A DNA stretch of 63,045 nt, the filler included, from Reticulomyxa filosa (taxonomy: Eukaryota > Protista > Foraminifera), in NCBI GenBank assembly GCA_000512085.1. It is 14 parts of 14 records of this genome, joined end to end, with 100 filler letters (N's around TTAATTAATTAA, not from the genome) between each part and the next. Parts side by side here need not be neighbours in the genome. Positions count along the whole stretch, not along the records: positions 28,142 to 34,878 come from ASPP01020361.1; positions 34,979 to 50,787 come from ASPP01000006.1; 12 more parts are not named here. One strand, 5' to 3'. How positions within the stretch are numbered: position 1 is the stretch's first letter; the number at the start of each line of letters is the position of its first letter. Shown in pieces: positions 28,042 through 41,616 of the stretch. A program made the position numbers and the translations under genes. The notes beneath the pieces were generated by a model. The model was given only the letters and a program-made list of their open reading frames with translations, made no database searches and was not told the DNA's origin.

Positions 28042-28141
28042 NNNNNNNNNNNNNNNNNNNNNNNNNNNNNNNNNNNNNNNNNNNNTTAATTAATTAANNN
28101 NNNNNNNNNNNNNNNNNNNNNNNNNNNNNNNNNNNNNNNNN

Positions 28142-28177
<36 letters not shown>

Positions 28178-28243
28178 GACACAAACAAAACAAAACACAA
28201 ATGATAACCAAGTCAATCCAATGGACTCAATCAAGCAACAAAC

Positions 28244-29200
28244 CTGGAGACATCCAATAAGGACTTCCAATCTGTGTCATTGCTTTCGTTGTGCGTTTTC
28301 CAAGGTCACTGCGACCCCAAAGTCACCTGTGACCATTTTGTACAAACGCACACATTCGAACTTCCGGGTGAATTTGAGATTTTGTTTTTGTTTTTTTTCA
28401 ACAACAACAACAACAACAACAAAATACCCAATTTGCATTGTCCTTTGTGATTAATAAGAACATTCCCTGCCTTAATGTCTCGGTGGATCACTTTGTTTTG
28501 GTGCAAATAATGTAATCCTTCCAAACATTCCCTGTGCATGTGCAAGCATGTAAACCCCCTCTTTTTTTTTTTTTTTGGATAATTATGGTTGAGTCCTCCT
28601 TTTTTTTGTTATACATACATGTATATATACATATATTCAAATACCTTGCAATCACTTGTACTTGTTCTTCGGTCAAAGGTTTTTCTGTAACATGCATGAT
28701 ATCCAACACAGCCCCGCCACCGCAATATTCCATGGATAGCTTGTTTTAAACAAACAAACAAAGCAACAACAAAAAAAAAAAAAAAAAAAGTGAGTCATTG
28801 TTTTGTGTACGTATGTATAATGTGCATTGTTGTTTTGTATTTGTTGGATACCCAAATATTTCCATCCCATAAAAATGCATCGCGAAAAAAAACCACGTAT
28901 GGAGACTTCAATTTTTTTAACGTTCTGACTTCCTTTTCCAATGAACCTTTGTCGACTTCATCTGGCATTATTTTCAATGCCACTATCTCTTCATCCATTG
29001 TATCCACAGCTTTGTATACACTACCGTATGACCTTTTTTTTTGTTCGTATTTTTCTGCTTTCTTTTGTTTTCCTTGCACTTCTTGTCTTTCATTTTTTTT
29101 TTTATCACACAAGTGCTTCACTAACCCTTGACCCAAGGGTTGTATTATTAAAAAACGGCTTTCTGGATTTTCATTTAGAAACACTTTGGAACTCATTTCG
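28244..29200 (-). CDS. STE20-family (MST/GCK-type) Ser/Thr kinase, N-terminal part, 3'-truncated; frameshift at ~28296-28299
   Basis: [39 protein letters not shown] and [10 protein letters not shown] across 4 canonical GT-AG introns. Confidence 0.93.
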
Positions 29201-30299
29201 ATAGGAGATTGGAAAAATCGGCTAAATTCCAATAACTCCACATAAATAAGAAAAAAAATACTCCAATTTAAAAATGTTCAATGTCAAGGCATTAACCGAG
29301 TTTAAGCTGAATCAACTCTGTGCAAATAAATACTGATAATAAAAATTTTTCTTTTGTGTTTTATAGTACTGCGAAATTTTTCGAAAGATCAACCTATCTC
29401 ACTTAGACTGCAACAATCGAAATTTAAAACGTAATGAATGTTCAGTTTAAAAAGCTAAAAAGAAATTCAAAACAAAATCATAAAGAAGATATGTTACGTA
29501 CTTTTTTTAGTACATGTAATTGAAAAAATGATTTAATAATGAAACTTTTTCAAAGTTAAAAAATTTTGTAATTTTCAAATTTGATAATAAATTCATTTTG
29601 GAAAATGACTTTTTAAAAAAGGTAGAAGAGATAAAGTCCGTGGGCAAGCACTTAAGGGCAAGTTATCACTTTGCTTGACAGAAGTGGCCACTCCATTATA
29701 TAGCCAAACTTTCCTTCAATATCTGCAAGTGTTTCACTTGATGTTGTTACAGTAGATAGGTTTCTCTTTTTTTGACTCAAAAAGGTATTACTTACACTGA
29801 ACACTTTGAAAGTTTTGAGGCGAAAAAAAGATTGAGTGTTTTGAGTTATTGAAGAAGACAACATGAAAGATAGAACAATTGTTAAAATTCAGGAGCTTGA
29901 CAATTAAAAAATCGAACATATTTTTAGTAACAATGAAGCTTGTACAACATCTTGCATTCATTCACAATGTTTCATTTGTGAAAAAGTTTTTATAATGAGA
30001 TAACAGAGATTCTGTAAGAATAAAAATGAAATTATTTGATTTAAAAGTCAAAAGAAAACGTAATTATTTGTGTAAGCAAAAAAAAGTTGAACTGAACGAT
30101 CTTTCCCTTTTTGCAAAGCCGTTCGTTTGTCGTCGTGTCCAGTGTCGGTGGTGTCAAGATTGATATTGATATCTTCGTTGTTCTCGTTCGAAAAACGTTA
30201 AATAAATACATTTTTTTTTGTTTTTTGCTACTCGAAAGTTTGGAGTTGAAAGCACTACTCACAAACAAAAATAGGTATCGAAGATTTGTGAAAGAGCGC

Positions 30300-32870
30300 A
30301 GTTGTCGTAGCATTGTCGTTGTCGTTGTCGTAGCGTTGTGGTAATCGTGGTTGCGGTGGAGCTCGTGTGATTGATATCGAGATTATAAATGTTTGGGCTA
30401 TTTGGTTGCAGATGGATAATCATGGTGGTGAGTCGTGGATCATTGGTGGGTGGGTTCCAGTAGGAGCCAGTCAGCCGCTAGCGCAATGATGCGCTTATTA
30501 CAATTGCGATGTATATCGCAATAATGCGTGCGACGGGCGCGTCGGTGAATGGAAGCAAACATTGGGCCACATTAGTAGATGTTTGCTCAAAAGTATCACC
30601 GACAGTTAATAGCTTGCAGGATTGGTATGGCAGTGTCCGTCTGAGGATGGACATTAAAGATAATGTCTCTCCCCCCTTGGTGTTACCGGCCAGTATGGCT
30701 GTGTTGACAAAGGGCGAAAAGAGAGAGACCGAGTGTGATACCAAGTATGCGCGCCCCATCTATTCGGCTGACGACGGTCGTCTTACGCCATCACTACGAA
30801 TTTCGAGTTATTTCTATGCAATACATGTTTATACTCTAACCGATACTAAAAGATTTGCGTGTTTTGTGTGAATAGATCAGTTTGGTTAATGGATGGACGG
30901 ATTCGTAGGATTGATGGAAATGAGATGGATTGACCCAATTCGTGATTGCTCCGGCCATCTATTGTTATTATTATTATTATTATTATTTTATTATTAGTAA
31001 ATGTTTTTTTTTTTTTTTCATTTTGGTCCCAGTTGCATTTTTGCAACTTCCCTTTTGCAATATTGTTCCCCTTTTGCAATATTGCTCCCCTCTTGCTCAC
31101 TTTTTCTCTTTTGTGTGTTGCTTTCCTTTAGTTTGGTCTCCTTTTTTTTTTTTCTCTTTTGCTTTTTTTTTCTGATGGTTTTTTTTTTGGTGTTTTTTTT
31201 TTTTTTTTTTAAAGGAAAGATAGAGATAGATAGGGAGGCGTTTGTATTTGTTGTGGAGTGTGTATTTTTAACTACCTTTTTTTTTAGTTGTGCTTGTTTT
31301 AATTATTATTATTTATTTTTTTTTTTTTTTTTTGTTATTGCTCCTGATTTAATGGAATGGTATTTGATTCATGTATGGATGTTATTGCTGTCCTGAAGAT
31401 ATGCGGGCTCCCCTTCGAGTTTGTGTTGCGGCACGCCAGGACCACTACGTGTATCACAAGAGTCGTCGAAGCCAACCAATCCTGCAAGCGCTCACGAGAG
31501 AGATTGTCCACTGGGTGTGGTCAATCGTGACGACGATGACGACTCATAAACGGCGCACAATATCTATGGACAGCCATGTGTCTTGTGCCATTAGATTTGG
31601 CGCGCGCGTTAGGGATGCATTGCATCCCAATTAAAGTGGTCCTCCCTCCTCATCCTCATCACAAAAAGTGGCCAGAGGCAACACCGAAGGAGCAACGACC
31701 GTCACGGCGTAGAAATGCGCTTTCCTAAGTTTAGATTATATTTTCACTGATTTGTATGTGCACATATATAGTCCATTTTATACATATACTTTGATTTCAT
31801 ACTTTGAAAATGTTTGTGTTTGTTCTGATAGCATAGAAAGACGAATTTTGAAGGATGCCGGTCATTGTTATATTTGATTTTTGTTTTTTGTTGATTTTTT
31901 TTTTTAGTTTAATTTTATTTATTTTATTAATTTAATTAATTTAATTAAAAATTGACTCTATCTTCGGCATTCTTTCTTCACAATGTAATCAAATTATCTT
32001 TTTTCAGGACTACTAGATATATCACATGTTGATGACCGCATTTGCGATTTTCATTACATTCAAAGCAATGTCTCATTTATCATTTTGTCTTTCAAACATT
32101 TTGCTTACGTCAATGGAAAAAATATACAAGCCAAGTTTGAAAGAGTAAGGTTACTCATATATTAGCTTTGATTGCCATCAGCGTTATGCGCCATGACGAG
32201 ATAAACACTGCGTGCCCATTTGAAAGAGTCATCAAGGCGAGTTGGGGGTTGGAGCATGTAAAGATTACAATCTAATGTCATATCAAATTAAAAAAAAAAA
32301 AAAATATGTCGTATTCGGAACTCAACTTTGTAAATGCGAACATGCGGTGATATGAGAATGCATCTCCCTGGCATGTGGAGTCGAAACGGTCCCTTTGAGA
32401 ATGATCGTCACAGCCAGTTCCATCCAGTTGCGAAAGCAAAGAGACTAAACACAATGTGTTCATTTGCGGTGGCCAAATACAGCAAAGCAGCAAACAAGAA
32501 TGGGTTGGCACGGATTCATGCTTCAATGGCGTGCTTTTCAACAAATGATTACCAGACAATAGATAGAAGGGGATACTTTTCGATTTTTCTTTTTCTTTTC
32601 TTTTGAATTCGGTTTCGATTTCGTTTTTGATTTTGTTTTGACTTGGATTCTAATGTTGGTTCCATCTCATTGCTCGTCTTTTCTTCCATCTCGTCACCAT
32701 AGCTCTCAGTCCAGCTTTTTTCGTCCGGTGATGAATTCCCGGTCAGGTTCGCATTCAAATTTAAACTCTGATCCATTCCAACGAGATAAACCGAGTCAAA
32801 AAGTAAAAGTGGAGAAATTGAAATGCCACCACCATACTTGCCGTTATAGGAAGCAAACGTCATTCCTCAC
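30300..32870. other. GC-richer coding-like patches separated by homopolymer tracts; strand and product unresolved (gene or pseudogene)
   Basis: Exon-like composition, but I could not assemble a consistent frame on either strand. Confidence 0.25.
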
Positions 32871-33180
32871 AATCTTTGTGAACGCAAGAAAATATAGCAA
32901 ATTTGTTAGCACTTTAATATCTTTCAAAAAAAAGATTATGGGACCTCTTTTTCTTTTTATTTCGTGTCCGCCCCCAAGGAGAAGGGACAATGCTGTTTTC
33001 CAAAATACTGACATTTCAATGTATTTGTTATCTGTCAATTCACGCAATAAAATTTATTTATATTTCATCAAAATAGATTTTTACAAAGTAAATGAAATTG
33101 ACGCGTATGATTGAACTGTAAAATTTTTTAAGAATTTTTTTTTTTTTTTTGAGGATTGGTTGAACTTTTTTTGAATAGCC

Positions 33181-33962
33181 ATGGAAAAAAAACAAAAAAA
33201 AAAGAGAAAGAATGGCACAGCACATGGAAACATATCTTTTGACGTTGAAGTAGATAAAAGGACGGTTAAAAGCCGTCACATAATCGCGTTCACCGGTTAT
33301 GCTTTGGCACTAACTGGCTTTTTGCAGTGTACTTGACAAGTCACAAGTATTACGTATCTCCGTTGCTCGCGACAGGCGAGAAAAGTGCAAGGCTTGGTGA
33401 AAATGTATTGTGGTTTTTGAATGCATTTTTGTGGTCACTGCATTACATTCGAAGGACAGCAGAAGTGATATTGTTGCATGAATATAAACGAACTGATCCA
33501 ATTGCGAAAGCGATTGGAAGCGGTATTTACTATGGTTTACTTGGTGCACTATGTGGATGGTGTACTCATGTAGAAGTGTGGAAAAGATACGGACTCCCCA
33601 GCAAAACCATGATGGCTTTGGGATTGTTGATATTTGCACTCGGAGAAATTGGGAATTGTTACCATCACTTTTTATTGGCAAGAATGAGGCCATTAGGCGT
33701 GAGCGGTCATGTTATTCCCATTGGTGGGTTTTTTGAGCTGGTCAGTTGTCCTCATTATACTTTTGAGATATGCACTTGGATTGGATATGTGCTTTGGACT
33801 GGCTTTACTTATGGCTCCTTATTGATGTTACTTGCTTCATGTGTTATATTGTTTGGCTTTGCAAAAAAACGCCATCAAGAATATGTAAAAGAATTCAACG
33901 GCAAGGGTGGACGTCCTCTCTACCCGACACACCGCCGAATGCTTATTCCATTCATTTTGTAA
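33181..33962 (+). CDS. Steroid 5-alpha-reductase / trans-2-enoyl-CoA reductase family protein; frameshift at T-run 33319-33323
   Basis: LHYIRRTAE, GNCYHHFLLARMR, IPIGGFFELVSCPHYTFEI; an N-terminal frame from ATG 33181 joins after adding one T. Confidence 0.88.
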
Positions 33963-34222
33963 ATTAACATTTTTTTTTTTTATTATTATTATTATCCCAA
34001 TTTATTCAAATTTCTTCATTAAACACGAAATCTGCAATGTATCATCTATTTTAAAACTGATTTTCGTATCACAAAAAATAGAGGCTTTTTCATTTGTTAC
34101 AAAACATGTTCTAGTGAAAAAATAAACAAGCTATTGAATACCAGCTTTGGTCTGTTAAAAAAAAAAAATAAAAAAAAACTTTGAAGGGTTGTGAAAATCA
34201 AAATCACAAAACTTGTTTAATA

Positions 34223-34795
34223 ATGAAATCTCTATTGTTTCTTGTGGGCTTGTTGAAATTGACATGGTCATTAAGCGTGTACAATCCAAATTACGCGAAT
34301 TATGCGTACGACCAGGGTGAGGTGTACGCCACGGACACTTGTATTTCGGTGGTGAACAGTTACAGCTCTTACCAGGACACAACGGTGGCGTATCAGTGTG
34401 TGAGTTCATCCCAATTGCGCAAGCATTATTGGTACGACTACGGCAGCACATATTGCAAAGACGGTTATCCAAGCGATTATTACGAGGACTATTATTCGTA
34501 TTATTCGTATTCAGGTCTAATGTTCAGTTGTTCCGGAACCAACTCCTATGCAATCATGCTTTACAACTACTCGTATAGTAGCAGTTCGGACTATTATTCG
34601 TGTTCTTTGGGTTATGTTTCAACTTACCAAGTATGATCAAGCTCGTTTGTTTGTTTGTTTGTTTGTTTTGTTTTGTTTACAAGCTTTTCTTTTATCGAAT
34701 CTCTCTCTCTCTCTCATATTTTATATAAATGTGATGAAAGGCAAGAAGTACAGTCACCGGTCTATGCGCATCAAAAGGAACAGGATATCCGTTGA
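34223..34795 (+). CDS. Secreted Tyr/Ser/Cys-rich protein, 3'-truncated
   Basis: Signal peptide MKSLLFLVGLLKLTWSLS; 28 Tyr in the first 136 aa; intron 34631-34740, then ARSTVTGLCASKG. Confidence 0.7.
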
Positions 34796-35021
34796 GTAAA
34801 TGTGCCTATCCTCGCGTATTAAAAAAAAAAAAAAAAAAAACCTAGTCAAAACGAGACAAGAGCATGCACACATAACACNNNNNNNNNNNNNNNNNNNNNN
34901 NNNNNNNNNNNNNNNNNNNNNNTTAATTAATTAANNNNNNNNNNNNNNNNNNNNNNNNNNNNNNNNNNNNNNNNNNNNATGTAATGCAATTAATTGCATT
35001 TTGTAATTCTTTCATTCCGTT

Positions 35022-35243
35022 TGTGGGGAGTCTACAGTGAAGAGCTTCACTAAATGTAATACGAAAGAGTGTTACTCTCAATGAGAGCGACTTTCAGTAA
35101 ACAAAGTAAATTAAAGAATAAATCAGAAGACAAAAGAAGTAAGAGAAAACAAGTAAGAGGTAGTTTGTTGAGGAGGTTTAACCCAAAGGGAGCTCCTCAG
35201 TTCCGTAGGCGTTCAGCCATGTGTGATAAGGGCTTGCCCTACA
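35022..35243 (+). mobile_element. Solo-LTR-like element (222 bp), TG...CA ends, CGTT target-site duplication
   Basis: cgtt|TGTGGGGAGTC...GGGCTTGCCCTACA|cgtt; alignable to the reverse complement of 57420-57639 and to 58248-58311. Confidence 0.75.
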
Positions 35244-35947
35244 CGTTTACACATATTTGTTCAAACGTGATATTCTTTGATGATTTATTGTCGCATGTTC
35301 CCTTGTTTGAATATCTCTCAAATTCACAAGTACTAATCCAATTTAATAAAAGATATTATTTAACGGCTCATTTTCTGTTAAATTTAATATCTTTAAGAAA
35401 CCTCTCAAATGCTAAGTCTTGAGCATCATTGAAATGGTTGCTTTGTGATTTATCTGAAGCAAACTTGAAAATTTATTTGAAATGATACTATTAGTTCAAT
35501 GATGGCAATATTATTAATATCATTTAAAAAGGTTCTTTTCGGTTTTTGAAAACACAAAAAAGCAATAATATACGTACAAACAACAAAAGCCTTTTTTGTA
35601 GTAAAAAAAAGGAAAATCTAGTATAGTTTAGCTTCTTTGTCAGTTGGATTTCGTGTATAAACTTTTTTTGAGTTAAAAAAATCTCTTGCAATGTTGACAA
35701 ATGATTTGTGTCAAGACAGAAAGATTAATGACATCATTACTGACAAAAGTTAAGGATGTGTCCAAGCTTCACGAACCAATTTATCAACATCTCATGTATC
35801 ACAAAGCCACACAAAGAATTTACAAAACTTGGGGAAGAGAGGGAGAGTTTAAAAAAAAAAAAGAAAACAAAAAACTTTACGCTTGATAACATTGATACAC
35901 AAATGATGCCCTGATGCATATGTCCAAATGTCATCGGCAAACAATGT

Positions 35948-38900
35948 CTACTGTTCCGTTTTTGGTTTTTTGTCTTTGCGTCCAAAGAGTTTTCTAAAGC
36001 CTTTTCGGCGTCCAGACGACACTGCTTTCATATAAGTCGATTGTGACATGACATAATCTGGATGATTTTTGTCGACTTGAAATTCAGCAAATCCCATATC
36101 TAAACAGCATTCACAAAAAGATTTTTTTTTTTTTTTAAAAGATGTTTGTTAGTTTTTTTCTTCTCTCCTTAAATTAAAAGAAACCTATATACATATATAC
36201 GTATATATGTATATATTCTCTCATTAATACGTAACGTTCTCTGGATTTGACTTCTTCCCCTCCTTTCGTGACAGACTCTTGTTGTTGCAAATGGCTTTTG
36301 ATTTCATTGAGGAACTTGGTACGTAAATCAGGATAGCTTTCCAACTCCTGAATCACATGCAAGCGAGTTGGGAAATACATGCGGCGAATGTAGCGATACA
36401 AGACTTCCGGGACGACGCAGAGCGACACGGCGAACATGATAATGAACCAAAACACGGGCATTTTGAACGCGTGTTGAGCGACTTGATAAATGTCGTTATT
36501 TCCCCATCCCAAACTGGGTGGGATTGCGCTCCACACAATGGCAAAGACAAACCAAAGGAGCAGCGACAAGAAGAAGACGAGAACAGTCCACGACGTCCAT
36601 GTCTTTGTTTCAATCATCATTTTGACCGTGGCCACCGTCACCAAGGACGTGAACATGGTTGTGGCGGAGATCCAATAGCCACCGACTTTGCCATCGGAAT
36701 GTGTTTGCGAGTCAATGAAAAAGATGGTTCCAAAAAAGATGACCATGGAATTGATTACTCCCTCCAGCACGTAAACGCTGAAAATGCGCAAGCTAAAAGA
36801 GCCATTGCTGGGTCCATTTTCATACAGCTCCGGACAAAATCTGGCAATTTCTTTGGAATAAGGCCGATCCAAAGTGGCGGCGAACAGGACCGGCAAAGCA
36901 GTGAACACGAGATTGAAGCAAGACCCACTAAACGCGTCATAAAACAACGAGCCTGTATATCCGCTAAAGAACGAAAACCAAATCTGCGTCATACTAAAGC
37001 AAATGTTTTTATAAAACGAGTATAAGATAAGCACCGAGATGCGACGATAATCCCACGCGCCATGAATCAACAGCAGATCTTGCAAGAACCGAAACTGGGC
37101 TATCGCATAATCACTTGCCATCACCGCCTGCAGACCTTCTTGTCCACTAATGCCCACCCCGACATGTGCGGCCTTGATCATCGGCACGTCATTGGCACCG
37201 TCGCCAATGGCCAGCGTTATCGTGCCTTGCACATTGTGTTTCACCAGCTGCACCATTTGCGACTTTTGTTTGGGCGACACTCGACAGCAGACCACAGCTC
37301 GACACTTTTTGCAAATCTTTAGCACCTTTTCTTGCATGCGCGCCTCCTCCAACATCTGCTCTTCTGTCGGTGGGATCTCCTTTCCCTGCGCGTCTCTCTT
37401 TCGATGCGGAAACACGTAGCCTAATGCTTTGCCGGATATCACCAGTCCTTGATTGGGATTGTTTTCCGGGGTGTCCTTCAAAAATGCCCACGCATCGTCA
37501 AATGCCTGTTCCGATATTCGCTTTGCTTCTTCGTCGGGTAGCTGTTCATCTGGGTCGATTACGTATAATGTCTTGTCTTTTTCATTCATCGTCGATGTCA
37601 ACAACTTGCACGATCGTCCAATGTTAATCGCTGTTTCCACTTTATCTCCGGTCAACACCCAAATGCTAATGCCGGCTACTGCCAATGTCGCTATTGTGTC
37701 CGGCACTTGATCTTGCAGACGGTCTTCGATCGCTGTCGCGCCCAATAACGTCAACTGCTGCTCAATCTCATCGAAACATGCGTCTACAAGCTCGTCGCGG
37801 TTTTCCATCGCCGCACGTGCTTTGTTCAGCTTTTGCAACCATGTCCAGTACTCGTCGTCGTTCAGTATACGTACTCCGCAAACCAACGTGCGCAGACCGT
37901 CGGCGGCAAACACGGCCAAACTTTGCAGCAAGTCTGGCCACACTGTCTTCTTTTGGTCTTCACGCAGACGTTGGAAGATGACATTGTCGGCACCTTTGCT
38001 ATACAGCTTAAACTTGCCGTCCCTGGGGTCTTTCAGTATCACCGACATGCGTTTGCGGGCGCTGGAAAATTCCAGAAAGTGATACATCTCAAAGGCCACT
38101 TCCTCGCCAAATATGTTCACATAAAACATCTCACCGTCTACTTGTCGCACCTCTTTGGTCTTGGGATGCTTCACTTCCAGATTCTGCACGTGCGAGTCAT
38201 AAAACACGTAGTGCATGTTGCGGGCGAACAACACCAGCGCCTTTTCATCCGGAGACGCGGCTTGGTAGACGATCTTTGAGTAGTCCACATCCTTGGTTTT
38301 ATCTTCTTTTGCCTCTGTTGACTTCACTTTTTCTTTTTTTTCTTCTTCTTCTTCTTCTTCTTCTTCTTCTTCTTTGTTTGTCTGGTTGCTTTTGCCTTTC
38401 CCTTTTGACGCTACTGCAGCTTCTTCCTCTTTCTCCTCGTCTTCGTCTGGATACTCGGGGATGATCGAATGGCACGCTGCCATGCACGTCAAAAAGTCGT
38501 TTACGATCGGGTTGTCATGTCGACGGGCCAGTCGATTGTCTGTGAACGTTTTTTTTTTTTTTTTTTTGGAAATTGCAGAATATATTATGTATGTGTGCAA
38601 AAATATTTTATTTCAACTTTACAAATGTTGCGATTTTCCTTTTTTTTTTTCCTTTTAAAAAAAAAAAATTTAACTTTTTTTCTCTTTTCTTCCTCTCCCT
38701 CCCCTTTTTTTTTTTTTGCAATGATAATAAAAAAAAAATTAGTGAACCTGCATGTGACTTCATCAAAAGGGGGCAACCCTTTCGGAGCTGGGACGCGCTC
38801 CACAAAGTCGTGCTGCTTTTCCATTTCACCAGGACCATAACGCACCCCGCCAATGTGACAACGAATGAATTCCATTTTGTTTTGGGTGAGAGTTCCCGTT

Positions 38901-41616
38901 TTGTCGCTAAAGATGAAACTGACCTGCCCCAACTCCTCGTTCAGATTTGAGGTGCGTGCTTGTGCATACACGTCTTCGCCGCTGTCTGCTTTGCATTTCA
39001 TATCCTTGTCTTGGTTGATGAGCCAGGCTTGCGAAAATTTGACCAGCTCCATACTCACGTACAGCGAGATGGGCACAAATACATCGAGCAACACCAAGAA
39101 TGTAAAGTAGTTCAATAACGCCACGTCTCCAAAATGACTAACGTTTTTGCCATTTTTTTTCACATATTGGTACCATTGATGATTGGCATTTTCGTGTAGC
39201 CAAATGTAATGTGCAATCACACCAAACACACACAACGCCGCTTGCACCGTAAATATAATATACAACGCCTTGTCCACCGTCAGATCCACATTGCTACGTT
39301 TGAACCCTCGCAGCTTATTATTCAACATCAGCTTGCTTTCATTCCCGGTGAAGATCACCATGCCGATTATCCAATCCCGTGTTCCGTAATGTGCCATCCT
39401 CTCAACAGCAGTTGATTCATCCCTACCGCTTCTCCGTCCTCTTTCCCCGCAAAATACAATGCTCCGTTCCAACTGGATTTGTCCATTTTTTCGTTTGGTG
39501 CCTTTGTTTTGTTATTATTATTATTTAATTGTCACAATTGCAACAATATATTATATATATATATATGTATATATGTATATATATTTATACATATATGTAT
39601 ATAATAATTTTTTTTATGTATGTTTCATTTTGTAATGTGATCCAACGTATATTAACCTCGGAAACCAATTTGAAATCCAACTTTGGATTGGAGGGGTAAT
39701 CCTCCCCATGTTCATTGTTGTATCCGATGAGATATGTCGCGCCGATTGCCTGCTTGATCTTCAAGTTGGTCTCCCCGTCCAAGTTGGCAGTCTCAATGTT
39801 GCATAATCCTTGATTGGTTGATGATTGTAGCAAAAGTAGGTCTGCTGGAAATGCTCTTTCTTTTTTTGTCACTTTCACAATGTCACCAACTTCAATATCC
39901 TTTTTTCATACATTTTTTTTTTGTTATTGTTATTGTTGCAATGTTGCTTTGTTGCTTTTCGGTGTCATTCTTTCTGGTTGTTTTTTTTTTTTTTTTTTTT
40001 TGTCCGCTACCCAAACACACAAAGCAAAAGATTCAAATACTTGTACCTCCCAAGCAATAGGTTTGAAAACCCATTTTTTGTTGTCTTTGTCATCTGGCCT
40101 ATATGTCAACACCTTTCGATTGTTTATTTCTTTGTCCATTTCATAGCGTTTCTACAACACCGACATTGATTTCACATTTGTATTTTGTATTTGTATTTGT
40201 TTTTCATTGTGCTTTGATGTAATGTGAAACAAACTAAAGCAAAGCAAATAAACAACAACAAAAAGAAAGCAATCTCTTTCGTACGTACATAATCTTCAAA
40301 TGCTTCTTTAATTGCCGACACGGCTAACACAAACGTCAATGGGGCGACACTAAATACTGGATTTTTCGGGGACAGTGAGGAAAATGATAGGCATGCAATT
40401 ATCAAGAAATATAAGTTTGCCTACTTATTCCCCCGCCCCCCCAAAAAAAAAAAATAACATACATATACCCCAACATAAGCGTTCCCTCCCCCCCCCCCCT
40501 CTTTGTATTTTATTTTATTTTTTTGGATCGCAAACAAACAAAAAATTGTAATGTTCTTTTTCTCTCCTCCCTTCCCTTCCTTTTATTTGTTTGCTTGCTT
40601 TGTGAGTCATTTGCTTGTTAGAATTAGTTCCTCGATTGTCAATGGACAAGTGTGCCGCATGCACAAAACTTTTTTTTGAAACTGCTCAAATAAGTTCAAG
40701 GGCAAGAAAGTAATGACAGTGTATTTGGTGGTCGATATGTAATTTGAACAAAATATTGTGCCATCTTCATTCTCTAAGTGAGGTTGTTTCAAATGGCCAT
40801 CCTCTACGTGTGACTGTCCAACATATAACAAACGCTTTCGCGGGGCTTCTTCTGTCTGTTTTTCATTTGTTATTGTTGTTATTATTTCTTTTTCTTATTC
40901 TTTCTTTTCACTTTTCTTATCAACTTGTCTCCTCTTATGTAAAGAAATAAGTTATTTTAGGCTTTCTTCCCCCCCTCCTCCCCCCCCTTTTTTTTTTGAA
41001 TGTACGTATACAAATGTGTAATGTATAACCCCAAGACCGTCGACAACACACACAATAAAAAAATCTTCTTGGCTGTCATTATTGCACATACTTGAGAGGT
41101 GTTGGCAGCAGGTTTCAAACATGGAAACCAGTCTTCCAATTTATTTTGAATAAATCTACAACATGATCCCCAGTCGCAAGAACAAAAGCCTGGTTTCTCC
41201 TGTTTTATCAAATCAAACACTTTGCTTTTTAGCAAATGGTAAGCCACTTAAGAAAAATTTTTTTTTTAAAAAAAAAAGGGACGACAACAAAAAAAAATCT
41301 TTTCTTGAAACATTGTGATATAGATTCGCAAATACAAACGAAGAAAACAAGGAAGCAGCGAGAAAGGGGGAGCGGGAAGGAAAAAAAAAACATGTGTTGC
41401 TTTTTTTTTTTTTGCTGCGAAGTCCTCTTCTATTGGTGTTATTGAAAATGGGTTAAGTAACTGCTTCAAGTCTTTGACCCCAGTACACGGGCGTGAATAT
41501 CTGTACAAACAAACAGTCATTTCACAGATTCAACAAAACTAAGTATTGATTATTAACATTTTGATTACCTCTATTTCTTTTTCATCGTTTTTTTCGTTAT
41601 CGTTAGTCTCAGTCAT
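35948..41616 (-). CDS. P4-type ATPase phospholipid flippase (Drs2/ATP8A-like)
   Basis: [73 protein letters not shown]; C-terminal GFAEF; start exon at 41616 is tentative; two extra G bases in LRGCTLRNTDW. Confidence 0.96.

Noticed and set aside
29652-29864. 70-aa ORF resembling a mitochondrial presequence
   Set aside because: Short, no domain and no clear continuation; cannot be supported
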